A stretch of DNA of 63,353 bases, the filler included, from Folioceros fuciformis (lineage: Eukaryota): assembly GCA_049999805.1 (NCBI GenBank). It is 16 parts of 16 records of this genome, joined end to end, with 100 filler letters (N's around TTAATTAATTAA, not from the genome) between each part and the next. Parts side by side here need not be neighbours in the genome. Positions count along the whole stretch, not along the records: positions 59,926 to 63,353 come from JBNGIO010006647.1; 15 more parts are not named here. One strand, given 5' to 3'. Made by a program: the position numbers and the translations under genes. Below are positions 60,105-63,353 of the stretch, in pieces; within the stretch, counting starts at the first letter, position 1; each line of letters begins with the position of its first letter. The notes under the pieces are model-generated. The model did not search any database. It was not told the origin of the DNA and saw nothing but the letters and a program-made list of their open reading frames with translations.

Positions 60105-61239
60105 CTGTCTCCTGGGTGTGCTGGCGTGCAACGTGACGTTAAGCAGGGATATGGTCGGCAGTCGAAGCTGGAGTGTATGGTCAAGGATGTAGCACGGAAG
60201 TCTGCCTGGTAAATGATGTGCTTGGGAGAGCCTGTTAACAATCCATGAGGTCCGAAGAGGGGCCGTTTTGGGTCCACCAACACCGAGCCGTTGGCAGAAG
60301 CCCTCACACTACACTGTTTGAGCCGTCTACTCCATTCTTTGGTTCTCTCCCATGCACAAACAAACAGAGCCTCTCCTGGAATCGTATGGAAGTGTATTGG
60401 AGAGCTGGACATCTCAAGAGACCAGGCTTGCTCACGCTGAGGGTGAGAAAACCACCAAATAAGAACGACTCATACTCGAAAGAAACTAATCGTCACTGTT
60501 TAATGTTCCAAAACGTGCCATAACTCTTTACTGGAAGCAAAGAAAAGCAGGTCTATAGTGGTGCAGAAGAAGCCAAGCCAAGACAGTCGAGCCTTGCTTT
60601 CCATGGAGGCAAGTGCCTCGTGGTATAAGAAGTCTAGCTGCCTGGCTGCTTTGTTGTTGTGCGAATGCCTCTTGTTGTTTCGATGGTCATCTCCATGGAG
60701 AATACTTGCTGTTGTGTAAATGCAATGTACGAGAGGATAGGGGTTGCGCGCATGGGGACTAACCTGATCTCCGCCTCGATCACTGCATAAAGAAAAGCTT
60801 CTGTGCGCTCCAATCTTGACCTAATTCCTGGTCTTGTGGCTCAAATACTACTCGACAGCTTTGTCAAAGAAACACACAGCTGAAGTATTTTATTATTCTT
60901 ATTATTATTAATCAAATATATATTAATTACTGAATTTAATCTCTTTCTACATGTGGGGATTGGATTGGTTTTGGTATCTGCTAAACTCATTACTCTTATT
61001 AAGTATCCAAACAAATCTTAGTTACCAAATCAAGTTTAGAGTTTGATGTTTATATTGGTTCAGTGCTTTCACGGCCATTTATGTGTAATTTGCTCGCTTC
61101 CTCTGTCCCGCGACGGAATTCCATCCATGGTTCCCGCCGTCACCAAAATCCTTGCTCTTGGATGGATGCGGCGGGGTTGGAGTTGCAATAACTTGGCTGT
61201 GCCTATTATGTAGGCAGGAAGGGAAGCCGAAGCTTATGC

Positions 61240-63105
61240 ATGGCGACTTTTTACGACCTTTGTGTAGAGTATGATGGGGTACCGGAGCAGTCAAGGAGGG
61301 AGGTGGCGGCCATGGCTTGGCAGCTTGGCTACACCGGCATCGCCTTTAATCACGTTGTGGGGGGACTCATCGGCGACAAGGACAGATGCAAAATTGTGCC
61401 TATTCAGCTCAGCTCTCTGGAGGCTGCAGCACCTGGGATTGCAGAGGCAGCAGCGTTTCACCATAAGCTGCTGGGTGTGCCACCAGGCACTCAATTCCGG
61501 CAGTACAGCAGAGTGACGGTTTTGCTGGACGATTCCACTGCTGCCGGTGTCATCATCAACTCGTCTCCTGCGCTCAAGTCTTATGACTTGCTGGCCGTGG
61601 AACCTACCACTCTCAAGTCATTTGTGCGGGCATGTCACGATTTGGAGGTGTGTTCTCCTCTCCCTTAATGCTCTTAGGTCAGAAACTCGTGGAGATAGTC
61701 ATGGCGGGATTGTTTGTGACCCTCGAACTCGGTGACGTCAGGTTGATATCATCTCTGTGGACTTCAGCCAGAGGCTCCCCTTCCGCTTGAAGCAGGCCGT
61801 GGTCAAAGCTGCGGTGGAGGTACGTAGTGAGTGAGATGCAGCGCTCTGGAATTCATGGCCTGCTCATGGCGCTGACGGTTTCTGAATCCTGCTTTTTCCA
61901 GCGCGGCATCGTCTTTGAGATTAAGTACGGGCGGGCAATATTCGATCCCGAGGTTAGGAGAGAAGTCTTTGCCAATGCTCAGGTAAGGTGACTATTTGGT
62001 AATCCCTTGTCTGCTGGTTGTTGCTGCTTCGCAGTGTCGTGGTGCCGTTTGATGTGACTCTGTTGGGAGGTGAGTTGCAGATGCTGCAAGGCTGGACAAG
62101 GGGGAGGAACATTGTGCTGACCAGTGGTGCTGCAAATGGGATGGAGCTAAGGGGACCCAACGATGCTGCCAATTTGTCCACGCTTTTTGGTCTGACTCCG
62201 GAATTTGCAAAGGCTGCTGTTTCCAAAAATTGCAGGTACTAGCTTACCTCAGTATTGTGCCCATAGTCCTCGTATGCTATGCAGTGCGTGCCAATCAGGT
62301 TTGTTGTCTGCTGCGGCACTTCTGGTCTCTAAGCGAAGGGACCTGGTTTTTTCTTAGGTCAGCTCTTCTGCGTGGAGTCACACGCAGGAAGACATGTAAA
62401 GGCTCCATTTGTGTGGAGCGTTGTGAGCCAGATGGCAATCTGGGGTCTGATAAACTCCTCTTCAATGTCCCCACAGTTTGGGATCCGCTTGTGAGTGTCC
62501 TTGCCGAAGAGCCAAGAAAGGCTGCTCTTGTGACCGCTGCACCGAAGGTTCTCAAGGGCTTGGACGAAAATGATGACTTGATGAAACCAATGAACATCAC
62601 TAAACTGTTGGAGCAAGCTGTAGAAGGAGATGAATCTGCAGCTGACGTAGATGTGGCCTCTGCAGCTGATGCGGATCTGGCTGGTGCAGCTGACTTGGAT
62701 CCGGCTGATGCACCTGAGGAAGATAAGACTGGTGGAGTTGAGCATGAGGTAGAGCATGGCGATGAAGAGACTGTGGTCCAGAGACCTGGTGCGCCAGTAG
62801 AGTCGCTGGAAAGCATGAGGGTACGGGACCATCTTCTCAAAACAGGTATCAGACCCTATATTTTGGCAAAGCATGAGGGTGCACTTGTAGGAAAGCAGAA
62901 GACTCGAGCAAAACGAAAGGCTCCAGATGAAAATGGGAATTCGCAGAAACGTGCGAAGGGTGTATCCCTCATAGTTAAGATGCAAAATAGAACCCGAAAG
63001 CTTGCAGTTGGTCAACAGAAACGGGTTCCGGTCACCGATAAGGCACAGGCTTCAGTCGGTCAAAGGAAAAGACAGAAGACAGGAAAGAAGCAAAAGGGTC
63101 GTTAA
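61240..63105 (+). CDS. RPP30: RNase P/MRP protein subunit p30, about 5 exons, acidic then basic low-complexity C-terminus
   Basis: MATFYDL, LGYTGIAFNH, FRQYSRVTV, SYDLLAVEP, VDIISVDFSQRLPFRLK, RGIVFEIKY, TRGRNIVLTSGA, ELRGPNDAANL..LFGL. Confidence 0.92.
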
Positions 63106-63353
63106 GCAAAGCGGTAAGGGTCCTATACTTTCACCTCTGTCGACATTCAAAAGGCTCGAAGTCAGGCTATTGGTAAGTGTCTGTTTGTTTGCTTTGAGAG
63201 CTTACTTTCCCTCATACATCATCTGATCACTCTTGTTGTTCTTAAGCAGGAATCAACAGCCGCCTTCCCCAATCTGGAAGAGAGCAGGACCTATCCATGG
63301 CAAGTCGGGGCTCCAAGCTGATTTGCTGGTCGCGAATAGCCTGGTGGACGTGT

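Overview
This is eukaryotic land-plant nuclear DNA, most likely a hornwort (Anthoceros-like). That call rests on compact genes with ~70-130 bp introns and on PLS-class PPR genes carrying the WW-, GRP- and DRH-type DYW variants. The window is not contiguous: 16 contigs are joined by 15 artificial 100-bp spacers (N44-TTAATTAATTAA-N44), so adjacency across spacers has no biological meaning. Mobile DNA: five Ty1/Copia segments, one with an intact 1643-aa polyprotein, PBS, PPT and LTR ends. Genes: a malectin-LRR receptor kinase, a CYP703-like P450, GTP cyclohydrolase I, an FAD oxidoreductase, an F-box gene, GCR1, RPP30 and five PPR RNA-editing-factor genes. There is also a GC-rich satellite. Several contigs have exact 47-bp terminal overlaps that point to collapsed tandem arrays. 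The most notable observation is a DYW:KP (candidate U-to-C) PPR editing factor with an N-terminal OSB-type 'PDF' ssDNA-binding-like motif; a remnant of the same motif sits on the neighbouring WW-type PPR gene.
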